Source: Yuukianura sp. NJ FZ-2021 (lineage: Eukaryota). Taken from it: a DNA stretch of 64,000 nt. The position numbers and the translations under genes are program-made. Under the pieces are notes generated by a model, which was given only the letters and a program-made list of their open reading frames with translations, had not been told where the DNA came from and searched no databases. Below, piece by piece: positions 51,043-64,000 of this stretch; within the stretch, counting starts at the first letter, position 1, and each line of letters starts with the position of its first letter. The stretch spans positions 7,750,001 through 7,814,000 of the forward strand of contig CM102289.1 in the NCBI GenBank assembly GCA_046563655.1. Direction: 5' to 3'.

Positions 51043-53089
51043 TTAAGCCATACTTTCTGGATTTTCAACAGCTTCTTCGCCATCTTCCGTTCTGGCTGTT
51101 ATCACAACTTCGCTTTCGTAGCGTACCGTGAGGAGGCTGTACGATCCATCCGCTTGCAATTGATACCTAAAATTAACAAGTTATGTTCAAAATTAGCAAA
51201 TTCAGAATATAGTGTGAAAACATCAAGAATGAAAAACAGAAAATTATCTAAAGTTGACTCACCTGAATCTCACGTGACCTGCAAAAGACAAAGTATAAAT
51301 TCATAAATTAATACTGATGATAGCGCAAATAATAATGCTGGCAAGTATACCTGACGGCCAGTGCAAGTTGTGAACACTAATAAGATGCTTTGTTAGCGAA
51401 TTGCCACGGGAGTACTGGCGGTCGCAGAGATGGCAGCAGTAGTTGTTTACGCCTTGCTTCAAATTGTTATGTCTTTTACTACGGTGAGTTTCCAGCCCCC
51501 TTTCAGTCCGAGCTTGAAATTGACAACCTCCTACGGAACAAACTAGCGGCGGCATTAAGTGTAACGCAACATGTCGACTCAGGTCACGTTTCGTCTTGCC
51601 CCTATTAACCAAAGTACATTTAAAAATCAAAAATTAATTGGAGAATAGGATCGGCTAACTTACGAATAGGTACAATGTGGACATGGGTGTGACGTGTATT
51701 CACTATGACGGTAGATCATGTGAGATTTGAGTGCTGACGGGGAGACACAGGACATAGCACACTTGGAACATCGATAGTTATTGATGTGAGTCCGAATGTG
51801 ATCTCGAAGAAGTCGACCACTTCCGAACTCTTTGAGACATAAACCACAAGGGTGAACTTTTTCTTCTGGAAAGTAAAAGTTAAATGGTAAGCTCAACTTT
51901 TACAGAAGATGTACTATTTGTTATTTTTGAACTACTTCGTTCTTTATCTTTTTGTCGATGACAATGGTCGATGAGTCTGGTTCGAGTTGAAAAAAGACTG
52001 CCACAGGTTGGACAAGCATTGAGTTTTTCTTGAGTGTGACTCTTGATATGATCCAGAAGTTTGGTAACATTCTGATATGACCCTGTACAACCTGTATGTA
52101 TAAAGAAAGCATTAATCAATTAACTTAATAACTTAATTAAGGCTGTAAGTTACCTTTCCATTTGCACTTGATACCACCAGGAACGTTCTTCCCTTTAGGG
52201 TTCTCAAGACAGTGATAGCGGACATGATCGTAGTATTCTTGGATATTTATATGTACATCGCAACAAGCATCCCAAGCACACCGAAAGTCCGTGGTAGGTA
52301 CAGGTACTGCGTAAACCAACCGACTATCTCCTGGACACACCTACAAAATACTAGAAAATGTAGCATACCAACAGCATGTTATTATTTTGGACTTGAAAAA
52401 TTGCGTACCAATGGTGGTCCGTCTCCCTGAAATCTCCGAATGCAGTTGTCACCAAGTGACTTGAGCTTGGTATGGTAAATGTGAATGTAAACGTGGCGAG
52501 CAAATGCTTGAAATGTGTCTACGCGATAAGAACAATTTCCCCAGCGACATGTCAGCAGAGCTGAAACAAGATTAATCATAATACAGAACTGTTGATTCAG
52601 TGAGTATTGTTAACAGTTTATGCTTACAACTAAAAGCTTTGTCATCCGTTTGAACTACTTCAAGGTCAGGTTGTTTAGCATGAGAGATGACATGTTCAGT
52701 GAAATCCGGGAGGAACGCTGTTTCAAGATCACAGTCGCTCCAGCGACAGTGCAGAACGAGGTTTTCCATGGCAAATTTGACTGCTTTCATTGGCGGTTGA
52801 TTCTCTGCCATGTTTGAGTAGGTCATCTCGACCTCGGTGTCATTGCTGCTTGTTTCTAACAATACGAAACACAAATTCTTATCTGAAATCATTGTGACAT
52901 GCAATGCTTTTGTTCCAAAATTAGTATTTGTTTACCGCTTTGGACATCGTCATCCTCGTGAATTTTCTGTTTAACATCCTCCTTGTCTACAGCAGAGGTC
53001 AATGTCCGCTTGACATCTGACTGCGCATGCGTAAACTGTGGACTTTCTGAATCGTCGCTTGAGCAGAAGCTCGACATGGAGACAGACAT
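51043..53089 (-). CDS. HINFP: Histone H4 transcription factor (HiNF-P/MIZF), C2H2 zinc-finger array, multi-exon
   Basis: LHCRWSDC, RHVYIHIYHTKLK, HIKSHTQEK..ACPTCG, LRDHIRTHINNYRC, HMIYRHS and the conserved C-terminal HNLHWPSGHVRFRY..VRYES. Start at ATG 53089 is inferred from an upstream in-frame stop. Confidence 0.9.
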
Positions 53090-54645
53090 GACTAAACGTT
53101 TATTGCCAACAGCTGACCAGGTACCAGAAATACTTCCAACAGTACTGCTCGCAGCACTGGTCAGAAGTCACCGTTTGTCCTGGACAATACTGAAATAAAT
53201 GAAAACGACATACTAAAAACGAAATCCGTCTAGAAACTAAAACTAAAAAGTAATATTCATCTTAGCAGTTTTTCCCAAAATTTATCAGCCGAGGCGGTGC
53301 TGAATTTCGAAAACAATTTTCTTACCAAAGACGAATTGCTGACACAAAGACCAAAATGGCTCCTAGAAATTAGTGAACAAAACCAAAATAAAAAATTATG
53401 AGATTTCTTTTTCAAAAAGAGATGAATTTTGTTGTTTTGTCAGTTCATTTGTCTTTCCTGGTTCTTTTCCCTACCAAAATTTTTTGTACTTTTTATTCCC
53501 GCTCTTTGAAATCATGACCTTATGCTTATGGAAAAAGGCGTCACTGTTCGATTAAACAAGAATTTCAAAAATTTTTTAGTTCAACACAAATCTTTAAGGT
53601 ATATTTTGATTTTTGAAAAGTAGAGCAAACAAAATCCATACAGTTTTATGTGAACACGTCGATTTGCTTGAGTCAGTCGAAAAAATAAAATTAGTTTAAT
53701 AGAAATAGTTTAATTTGAAACGCTTCATCTCATTTAAATGGTTTACATCAAAATTCTTAAATTCAAAACTTGAAAAAATCGTCTCTATAGTTACATTATG
53801 CAGAAGTAGAACCGATGTTTTGTTTCTGTTCTAATTATTGTTTTCAAAGTTTCCTTTTTTGATATGAAGAAATAAGTTTAGAATGGGAAGCGGCTATCTT
53901 CTTTACGGAAATCTTGTTTAGCTGTTTTTAGAAATTCATCGTCTTCTCAAAATCGGTAAGTACTAAAAACGCCATTTTCCAAAATTCCAGGGGTCGAAAA
54001 AAAAACTATCCCGTCAATCAGATCGATCGAAATGCGAACGATAAGTTACTTGAATTTTCAAAGATTTCTTGAACCTTGTTTTAAATTTTAGCCAAACGCT
54101 TTGTAACGAAGAGCTTTTCAAGTAATTTTTGTCACAACCAATAATTCTTTGGAACACACAAGGAAAATGGTGGGCGTACGAAGAGAATAAAACAAAAACA
54201 ATTCAAACTTTTTGCGCGAGATTCAAAATAATGTCGCTCCGGCTCCATTCTATATCAAACTCACCATCAGCGCCAACCATTATGATTTTAGTCTTGGTCT
54301 GTTGGCGGAAACTTTAATTTAAAAAGTATGTTAACGAAACGGTGTATTTGTCAAAACCAGAAGCCAATTCCGGACTTAAATAAAAGCCAACTGTGTTTTC
54401 AAAAAGTAAAATCAAATGGATCTGCGTTGATTTGCACTCGGGCCAAGCTCTGGCCCATTGCAATTTTAATCTTCCCGCAAAATCCGCCACAGTGCCAAAA
54501 CAAAGTTCCGTTTGGACATTAAAACCTCCACCTCCTTCATCATTTCTTGCGCACTTCGCTCTGTATTGCCAAAGTTTTACGATTGTTAACATTATTTCCT
54601 GACTTTCAGGAACCGTGACCTCACTTGACCTCACTAGTGACCAAC

Positions 54646-57600
54646 ATGGACGAAGTATTTGAGCGCGGGCTTTTGTCATTTGCAAGTCAAGCATGGTGGA
54701 TTCAATTCATTGAGGCTGTTCAAGAGAATCACAATGAGGTCAGCTACCTTCCAGACCAAATCTCGCCTGCTGGGCCAAACAAAACTTTGTTCTGGGCTTT
54801 GAACACTGCAACTGATCTTGTAGATGCATCTGGTAAAAATAACTGTCTACAAAGTGCACAACTTTTTGAAAATTGTTGAAATTTTTTTTAATTTGAAATA
54901 ATTTTTGAAACAATTCCAGAAATCAAGAAAAAAGAAAAAATTTTGAGCTATGTCACGGAAAATGACATGGGAATGCTCAAATTTCTGGAACTCTTTGCAG
55001 TAATTGACATTCAAAACAAAAGAAACTAATCAAGTGGTGAAAATTTAGCTTAAAAGTTTCAAAAATTACTGATGACTGTTTTTTGATGCTTTTTTTTAGC
55101 ATCTTGGGACGTCATTGCCAATTGGTCTCAAAGTTTCTGCGCTAATTCGAGAGTTTGTTAATCCGCGAAACGGTAAAATATTGAAAACTTAAAAAATCGA
55201 AATTCGCTAACTTTTTTTTTCTGAAATTTTAAATTTTGAAAGGGCAATATCGGTCATTGGCTGTAAAACAACTGATTGGTTTGGAGCCAACTCAAGTAGT
55301 TTTGGATTTGCTTGAAGAAATTGGAAAACAGAAAGCAAGAACATTAGACAAAGATGCAATCGCTGCTTATCATATCATCACAGTCAATGCAATTTGGATC
55401 ACTTCAGTTATTGCCAAAAAAGGTTTTCAAAGTTTTGGACAAAATTTAAAAAAACAACACTTTTTGGATTTTAATTTACTTTTCAGATCCAAAGTTTGTC
55501 ACGCAAGTTCTGGAATTCAACAAATTGAAATTTGTTCACGAACTTGTGAAGAAAAACTTTTTTCATCCCAAAAACGAAGTTCATTACCCGTGTCTCAAAA
55601 TTCTTCGCGTCCTTGTCAAAGTTTGTAAGTTTTCTTTAAATTTCGAACTTTTCCTTAAATTCCGAAATCAAACAAACTCTTGTTTACGAAATCATTAGTT
55701 AAAAAGTTTTTGTCTTTCAGCAAAAGTGGGACATCTTCTTGCCAAAGACAAGTTTTTTCAAACACTTCGTAAAATTTTGGAATTGTACCTTGGAACGCCT
55801 TCAACAAAATTTCAAATGGTCCTTGAAATCCTAGTAATTCTGACTCGGACCAGCAGTAAGACACTTTTTAAAAACTTTTTTTTTAAAAAAAGTTTTCAAA
55901 ATTAAACATCTGTTTTGAAAATTGTCGTTTCTCATTAGAAGCCCAGTGCAAGCGATTTCTCAAAGCGGGTTGCCTCATTACTCTGATGAGAGTTTTTAGT
56001 TTTTGGCCTGTTTGGAAAGGACGCGGACTTCCGAAAATGTCAAAATGCGTTTTGAACATTTATCTCCAGTTGGCAACAACATGTAACTTTTTAAAACTTT
56101 TTCAACTCCCACTTTTTAAAACTAAGCAACACAAAAGAGACAATGTCAGAGTCTGTTTCAAGTTAGGCAGGATGCCAAGACCTTGCAGTTGAATGCATTT
56201 GGCAAAATATTTGACAAGTCTCATTTTGGCGGGTATTCTGAAATCTGTTTTCGGTTTTTCCAGATGCCGGCCGAAAAGCTCTTATTCGCACGGATGCTCT
56301 TCACAACATCCGCCACTTTTGTGAAAATTGTCCAAATGATAAACAATTTGATGAAATTATCATGCGAGCCTTTGCTGTCAACTCCCTAACTTATGGCAAA
56401 CACAAACTACCGTTCAAGGACATCAGTTCTCCCGCCAAATTTGAAATTGTTGGTGGAAATGGAAAGAAAACGAGAGATTCTGGAACGAGTAGTGACGAAG
56501 ATGACCCGGATGACCTGGAAGAAGTTTTGCCAAAGACCAAAAGAACTCGTGTTTTTGGTGACGAAGATGATGATGATGACGACAATGTTGATTCAGAATT
56601 TATGATTTCGGATATCGAACTGGACGATGGCAATAACGATAACGAAACGGATGACGACGACGTGACTTTGACCGAATCACGACCGGTATCAGCCGTTTCG
56701 GTTCGGAAAAGAGAAAGTCAAGGTCGTTTGGGCCGACCGGTGACGCCATACCCCAGACCGAAGTCATCCAAACCAAAAATGGAGGGATCCCCAGACTACT
56801 GTTACTTGTTGGCCTACACGCAGTTTTTTCAAGAGTTTGATCACATGGTCAACGTTCCGATTTTGCACTACAACGATAAAACTTATGAATCCATCGTGGG
56901 TGGACTTCTAAGGCGTTTCATTTCGGCCGAAACAAATGACGCCAACATTCCAAAATCTGAGCTAAAGCCGGACACTTTTGGCGGGAAATCTTACTGTATA
57001 AAAACATGATGCATTTAATTCACTGGTTTTTCAAAATTCCAAAAGTTGAATTTTTGAAATTTCAGATTTCGAAGGCAGCATTCCAGTCCAGGAACTGAGA
57101 AAGACGTATTTGGTAGTAAGCAACCAAGTTAAAAGTGTAATTCCTTTTGTGAAAGTTGCCTATCCAGAAATCACTTTTGCTTATGGCGGAAGAAAAATTG
57201 AGCTCACGACGTCCACCACAGATAGATTCATACTCAGGTTAGATTTCAAAATTTTGAAAAGTTCAAAATTTTAGAATAGGGTTTGAATTTTTCTTTTTTT
57301 TACAGAGAAAAAATGACTACGTTGATGCAACGGAATGCTGGTGTTGGAGCAATTTTTAAACCGCTTGTAGTTTACGACTTGGACGCTTTGCTTCATAAAC
57401 ACAAGAGTCCTGTAGCGACAAAAAGCAAATCAAAACTGAAAGCGGGATTGAGTACTTACGATATTCATGCATCAGCAGCACAAAATTTACCAACACTTGG
57501 AAACGATGATGAGCTGAAAGTTGGACAATTTGAAAAAAAGAAAAACCACTCGCTCAAATTCGAATCGAGATTTGAAGGAGGAAATCTGCGAAAAGCAATT

Positions 57601-59761
57601 CAGGTCACTCAGAAAACATTTCAATTCAGGCAGTACTTCAGAAACTGAATTACATTTTCAAAAAAAATATGAACTTTTTTCAAAATTTTAGGTTGGCGAA
57701 CGAGAGTATGACTTGTACATGATGTCAGACGTGAATTCGACTCGACACAACCAATGGTTCTACTTCCAAGTGAGCAACACTCCTGAAGACAGTCCAGTCA
57801 CATTCAACATTGTCAACTGCATTAAAACTAGCAGCCAATTCAACTATGGCAAGTTTTTCAAAAATTTTAAAATTCGAAAACTTTAAAATTTAGAAATTAC
57901 CAATTGTTGAACTTTTACTCTTTTTTCAAAAGGAATGCAGCCAGTCGTTTTCTCTGTGATGGAAGCAATGCAGGCGAAACCTGGGTGGGTTCGAGCTGGA
58001 ACGAACGTCATGTACTATCGAAATGGATTTCGAAATCCAGCGGGAAAAAAGAGAAAGTACTACTACAGTGCCACCTTTACATTAACATTTGCGAAACGCG
58101 GAGACATTGTCTACATTGCCTATCACTATCCATACTCATATTCAAGGCTACTGGTAACGCATTTTGAAAAAAATTTAACAATTTAAGAAATTTCTCAGTT
58201 CGAAATTTTCTAAATCTGTTTTTAGACAGAGTTATGGAGAATGACCAGAATGGCTTCAGAGACTAAACGAATTTTCGTCCGGTACGACATGTTGTGTCAT
58301 TCTGAAAACGAAAATGAAGTACCATTGATGACCGTCACTGCTCCGAATCACCCTAGGCATCCAATTGAGGTTTTTGAAATTCTGAAAACGAAATTTTGAA
58401 ATTTCCAATTTCTATCAATTTGTTGCACTGTTACAGTTTAACTTTTGCTGGTTTTAGCTCCGTGAAGTAATTTTCTTGTCATCGAGAGTCCATCCAGGAG
58501 AACCGAATTCATCTTGGGTGATGCACGGCGTTCTGCATCAACTTCTGTTTGGTTCTAACATGGAAGAGATCCTCCAGCGATACGTTTTCAAAATTTTACC
58601 AATGCTCAATGTTGAAGGAGTCATAAATGGATGGTAAAAACTTAAACTACAACTGACGCTGCAAATTTACCTATGAAAGCTTTGACTTAATTTATTATAT
58701 TTTTTGAAAAACTTACAGTGGAAGATGTGGACTCACAGATGAAGATCTCAACCGACGCTGGAAAGATCCTGACCCAAAGCTGCATCCCAGCATTTACCAT
58801 TCAAAGGTTAAAACCAAAACTTTAAAATTTTAGTTTCACCAAAACTTTAAAATTTGGAACATTTTCAAAAATTCAATTGATAGGCCCTGATCGAATACTG
58901 CTGCAAAATGCGTGCCAAAATTCCAGCACTCTACTGTGATCTCCATGGTCATTCACGCCGCAAAAACGTTTTCTTCTATGGCTGCTCACTGGCAAAGTCA
59001 TGGTCGCCAGAAGATCGAAACAAAGACGAAGAGCCCAACAGCATTCAAGTATTGTTTCTAAAATTTTGAAAGAAAAATTCACCCAAAATTTTGATTAAAT
59101 TTTGTGCAAACTGATGTTTAGGCTTTGCCAGAAGCAATGGCCCGCCGAGTTCCAACTTTTCAAATTTCGTACTGTAAATTTGACGTTCGAAAAGAGCGGG
59201 AAACAACTGCTCGTGTCGCCCTCTGGCGTGAGTTTGGCATAACAAGATCTTACACACTAGAGAGCACTTACTGTGGCTGTGATCGAGGTCCTTACAAGGT
59301 TAGTAATCAACTTTCATAATTTTTAAAAAATCAAAAAAAAAATCCAAAATTTTGAAATTTGCCCAGGGTGTGAGTATCGGTATCTCTCAGCTGATTGAGG
59401 TTGGTGAAGCTCTCATTGAGTCCTGCGCAGAACTGAACAATCCGCCACCCTCATCCGTTTCTATGTTTGACATTCCATCGGAATGGAGCAGTCATTTGTT
59501 AACCAACGACTCTAGTAAAATCAATCTCATCAGTTTTCCGGCCGAACCTAGGTACAAAAGTAAGCCTTTTACCACCTCCTGCTCCTGACCTAATACAAAT
59601 CAAGTACAGATGACCTTTGACCTAAGTATGACCTTTCATGTTTTATAGAGAAAGCGATTGAGCGTGGTGAACCTACTTCAACTCGAACCAAAACAAAAAA
59701 GAAACTTACACGTCGAGCTCGTGATGGGAAGAAACAAAATAAGACTTCCAAAAAACACTAA
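54646..59761 (+). CDS. AGTPBP1: Cytosolic carboxypeptidase 1 (Nna1-type tubulin deglutamylase) with ARM-like N-terminus, acidic linker and M14D domain; multi-exon, start and last exon approximate
   Basis: [42 protein letters not shown], zinc ligands SRVHPGE and DLHGHS, DLNRRW, and catalytic Glu in RSYTLES. N-terminal helical region ends GKHKLP before an Asp-rich tract. Could instead be the CCP1/CCP4 co-ortholog. Confidence 0.88.
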
Positions 59762-60268
59762 CCTAAAAAAATTTAGAGTTAAAACATCCTTCAGTTTCAC
59801 TCCAATGACGATAAATTGTGATTCATAAAAAATTTCAATGGAAGAAAATGAAGTAAACAAAATCTGTTTTTCAAAAAATTAAGGTTTTAAACTATGATCT
59901 ACGTCATAGTTGGATGTTGGACGTTGCAATTCCGGTTTTTTGTAAAGAGAAAGTTGGAATTTATTGAAGTTGTACTTTTTTGCACAGTTTTTGTCTGACG
60001 CATGTCGGTTTTACCATAAGATTGCTGTTTTGCTTAGACTTTAGCCAATCAAATTCTTAGCCTCTGGCACTTATTGTTTCAAAAGTTGTTCACCTTGATA
60101 CCCGTGAAATTTTTCATTGCGATTTTTTGTAAAATATTCCACTTGGTGTAGTTCGCAGTCTGACAGAGACTATATTACACTTTTTTTGAAGTTACTTTTA
60201 TTTATTTTACAATTTCAATAATTTTTTTAACTTTAACTTTAAGTTTAGAAAGTTCAGAATTTTGAAAA

Positions 60269-62049
60269 ATGAAAATGATCTCTGACATATTTCTTTTGTG
60301 TTTCGACGTTCTTGTAACAGTGATCTGTGTTCCACTGATTCTTCTGTTCCTAGCGCCTTTTCAATTGTACAAAAGTGGAGTGCAACTATTAGCAAAAATT
60401 TTGCATCCAGAATTTGTTCCACTGGGCAGAAACGATGCTTTTACAGTTTGGGACGCAGTGATGCCCATCAATGGAAGGCATGTATACAATGTCGGTGGGG
60501 TAATTCGGGTCAACGGGATCATCAATGTTCAAACAATCAGTGACAGGATATGGGGAGATGTACTGTCACAGGAAGTGAATGGACACAAACTGTATCCAAG
60601 ACTTTTTGAACAGTTTGTACTTTTTGGTGGATTTGTGTTTAGAAAAAAAATTGCGAAATTCAACTTGGATTTGCAAATTAGAGAAGTCAAAGTGGAAAGT
60701 GAATCACTTGCGGCGTTTAAAGCTGATTGGATTGACAAACCTTACGAAGAAGGCCAAGCACCGTGGGAAATTATTGTTATTCCGCAACTCGAACTTGGCG
60801 AAACGACGTTTCTACTAAAAATTCACCACGCCATCGCTGGTAACAATTTCATGAAACTGTATTTAAAAATTTTGATTCAAATGTGCGCAATTTTACTTCC
60901 TACATATTAAAGTCTATTTTTGTGTTTTGCAGACGCTTATAGTCTTTTGTATCTGTTTGATACATTTTTAAACAACAAGCTGCCAAAGCCACCTCCAGAA
61001 CCTAAAGACTCTTTGAAGGATCGGGTTAGCTCAAATGTTCAAATTTTCTAACTTTTTCTAAAAAAAAAGTTCAAATGACCAATGTTTTTTTAGACAAGAC
61101 AATTTTTTGGCGCCATTCGGATAGCAACAGGTTATATCATGAAGGTTCTTCGATCTTCCCGCCGTGTTCCATGGAAATCAAGAAACACAGACCTACCATG
61201 CTACGTCTGCGCAACTTCACTTTATTTTCCAGACATAAAACTGATTCAGCGTAAAACTGGAGCCAGTTACACGTCCATCATGTTGTCAATTTTTGGCGGG
61301 GTTTTGAGTCGCGTTTTAGAAGAAGCGGAAGATTCAAATAAAAATTCAACGTTATTGGAAACTGACAACACAGCAACGTTTGTTCAATTGTCTTTTCCTT
61401 GGCCAAATCACCCTCTCTCTGAACTCTGTAACCATTGGTACTGACACAAAAACTGAAATTTTGAAATTTTGAAACTACTAACTAATTTTTGAATTTTGAA
61501 ATTTTTAGGACTTCTGGTGGAATTCGAGTTCCTTTGGGAAAACACAAGGCTATAAAGCGTCTCAAATATACTGAAGCAGATTACCAGGATTTTCTAAGAA
61601 ACGAAGTCCATAAAGTGATGAAACGATTTTTGTTTCCAATTGGAGCAATGATGCCTGTCAAACTTTTCGCGAAGGGATTTGAATCTGCGCGCGAATTTTG
61701 TGGGTTAAGGACAATTCTAACGTCAGTTTTAGGCTACAATGAAAACTACTACGAGTTTGATGGACTTCCGGTCATTTCATTGTGTCCATTAACCAGCTTG
61801 CTGGGAACTACTCCAGGTTTTATTAAAAAAAATTTGCATTTAAAATTTTGAAATTTTTTTGAATTTTTCTGACAAATTTCAATTTTTATAGTGATGACTG
61901 GTCTTGCGTTTGCCTACAAAGACTTAGTCCAATGTTCATTCATAGCCTCCTCAGAAGTGGCAAAAGACCAAGATATGATGGATCGCATCGTGCAAGCATA
62001 CTTTGCCGAAGAAGTAGAAAAACTTGTCCAGCAACTTGAGGAATTTTAA
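60269..62049 (+). CDS. Wax ester synthase / diacylglycerol acyltransferase (WS/DGAT)-like O-acyltransferase, 5 exons
   Basis: N-terminal hydrophobic helix; YPRL, FNLDLQI, PWEIIVIP; active-site-like KIHHAIA|DAYS split by intron about 60840-60932; IKLIQRKTGASYTSIMLS; FPWPNHP..LCNHW; stop TAA 62047-62049. Confidence 0.75.
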
Positions 62050-63612
62050 GTACTGAAGTTTCAAATTTATACAAAAACGAACCTCAAGTTTCAAAATTTC
62101 ACAAAAAAAGAACCTCCTTTTTTCTACAAAACCTGAAAAAATCAACTTGAAAGCACTAAATTCTTAACTGATTGGAAGAAAATAAAATTCGAAGCTTTTT
62201 TATGTCTTGCGTGTTTCAGGCATCTTCTTCAAACACGTTTTTTCGATCGATCACTTTAAAACCAAGGTAAAAGCTAATTAAACCAAGGTTAATTAAACTT
62301 AGTTTAATTTTTTGAAAAAACCACAACGGAAGGTCTTTTGTATTAAAACTTATTTGATTTCATCAATTAACCGCAATACGTTTTTTGAATCAGCATGACT
62401 CTGCATTTGGCACACTTATTAAAAACCTCAAAATGTGTCACACCGCTTGCCGTAATACGCCAAGAAATAAAGAAAAAACGATACGGAAAAGTTTGAGAAG
62501 ACGCAATTTCGTTTTCAAAAGCTCCGTCTTTCATCTATAGCTTTTTAATTGCTCAGCAGCGTTTGTGTGTTACAGAAGCAAACTTAAGTCACAGTCTGGT
62601 GTCCATTTACTTTAATTTCTTTTGTCCTGATAAGATACAAAAGAGTAACTTCAAACCGCCCTTAACTACTTTGTAGTTAACTACTTACTAGTTCATCAAT
62701 GGCCAACACTACAACTACTCCTAATTTATTTCATAGCATGGAACTAAACCTAAAGTTTGCTTAAATTTAAAATTTAGTTTCCATCTAATTAGCAATTAGC
62801 ATCTGAATAAGCAGCAGGCACCTTTGTTTGTTCTTGGTTTTTGACATTCAGCAAAACCTAAAGTACGAAATTAGTCGTTAACTTCAAACTCACCGCTAGC
62901 AACTGCGCCTGTTTTGAAAAACTTGATTTTCAGGATTTTATGCAAATTTTGAAAAATTCTAAAGAAGTTTTTCGGAAAACCTCCAGTGACACCCATTTTG
63001 TGTCAAAAAAGTGTGATTGAAAGTAATGAAAGAACAATTGCACATTGAACAGGTTTTTTGGAAAAGATAGTACCAGGATATCTCATGTCGGTATTCGACG
63101 CTTTCCTGACGCATCCTGTACATTATATACACTGTGGTCCATGTGCTATGGAGTATCACTTTGGCAGTAGAAGTTCAACAGAATACATCATTGTGTACCG
63201 TTGTGTACAGGCCAAGTTTTAGCCTAACTTTTGTGAATTGAAAAGCAGACCTAACTGGATCTCAGGTAGGAAGTAGGCGGGAAGCATTGTGTTCTAATTA
63301 TATAAGTGTCAAGTGGTTATCAATTTGAACTCAACCACAAACACGCCTTGAATTTCAAATTTTATTTCCTGTCTAACCTTCACCTTGGACTAGAACTTCA
63401 AAAGTTACGAGCCTATAAGCTCCTCCTAACGAAAATTTTCCAATCGCCAAATTTTGGTCAAAGCGAAAACCGAGGACACCGAAAAGTTCAAAATTTATCT
63501 AGTGCGGTAGTGGTTGTGACCGAAAAAAAAAGTTATAAAAAAGAAGAACCGCTTTAAACAAGATTTTTCATTTTTGCCTGCATTGTATTTGGAACAAGTT
63601 GATTTCTTGAAC

Positions 63613-64000
63613 ATGGGGAGCTTAGACAAGAGTGAAGGAAACACTAAAAGCAGGTAGGTTTTTTAAAAAACGAGTTTTTCTTGTTTTTCTAAAACATGAT
63701 TTTAAAACAACTTTTTTTAATAGCATCAACCTGTTCCGGATGGAACTGGAACGACGACTGAAGGAAGTTCAAGATGACTTGATCATTGGCAACAGCGTGA
63801 CGATGACCAATGGGAAAAGTATTTCAGAAAACTTGGGCAGCAGCATGCCTTCTACAGCAAATAAGAAAAAGAATGACAAGCATTCCAAGTTGAAACTGCG
63901 TGATTTGGTGTCAACTTTCAAATATCTTCAGCCATGCTGTTTTCCGACAGTTTCACCTTCAAAATTTTCAAAAAATCCGTCCAGAAGGAGTTCTACTGTG
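63613..64000 (+). CDS. 5' end of an unidentified protein-coding gene, running off the window
   Basis: ATG 63613, donor AG|GTAGG near 63654, acceptor at 63723, then an open frame to the window end: MGSLDKSEGNTKSSINLFRMELERRLKEVQDDLIIGNS.. Confidence 0.5.

Noticed and set aside
56480..56665. GAT/GAC-rich low-complexity stretch and antisense poly-Ser ORF 56391-56633
   Set aside because: It encodes the acidic linker of CCP1; the antisense ORF is its shadow.
58812..58856. Direct repeat ACCAAAACTTTAAAATTT in a CCP1 intron
   Set aside because: Two copies only, a simple local duplication; not an array.
62259..62310. Short direct and inverted repeats (AAACCAAGGT twice, TTAATTAA)
   Set aside because: Too short, with no terminal inverted repeats or target-site duplication to support a MITE.
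1..64000. Prokaryotic-type systems (CRISPR, operons), tRNA/rRNA genes and transposase or reverse transcriptase ORFs
   Set aside because: The sequence is intron-containing eukaryotic DNA and I saw no such arrays or motifs. Small ncRNAs cannot be excluded without an Infernal or tRNAscan search.

Overview
This is AT-rich eukaryotic genomic DNA with many short (about 50-120 bp) spliceosomal introns. The gene set (chemosensory protein, Dpr-interacting protein) points to an arthropod; a hexapod such as a springtail is my inference only. I spliced the genes by hand. In order: the 3' part of a SPATA5L1/AFG2B-like AAA+ ATPase (+); a roughly 1,020-aa VPS13-like gene joining the N-terminal chorein region directly to the C-terminal PH-like domain (+); an ApoD-like lipocalin (+); a 25-kb DIP-gamma-like GPI-anchored three-Ig adhesion gene (-); two intronless EF-hand genes plus a truncated third copy (+); a signal-peptide protein with three copine-like C2 domains and no vWA domain (+); a CD36/SR-B receptor (-); a chemosensory protein (-); HINFP (-); cytosolic carboxypeptidase 1 (+); a WS/DGAT-type acyltransferase (+); and the start of an unknown gene. 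The most unusual items are the mini-VPS13 and the apparently secreted triple-C2 protein. I recognised no RNA genes, CRISPR arrays or transposon ORFs. Exon coordinates and protein lengths are hand-derived and may be off by a few bases; family assignments come from recalled motifs, not database searches.
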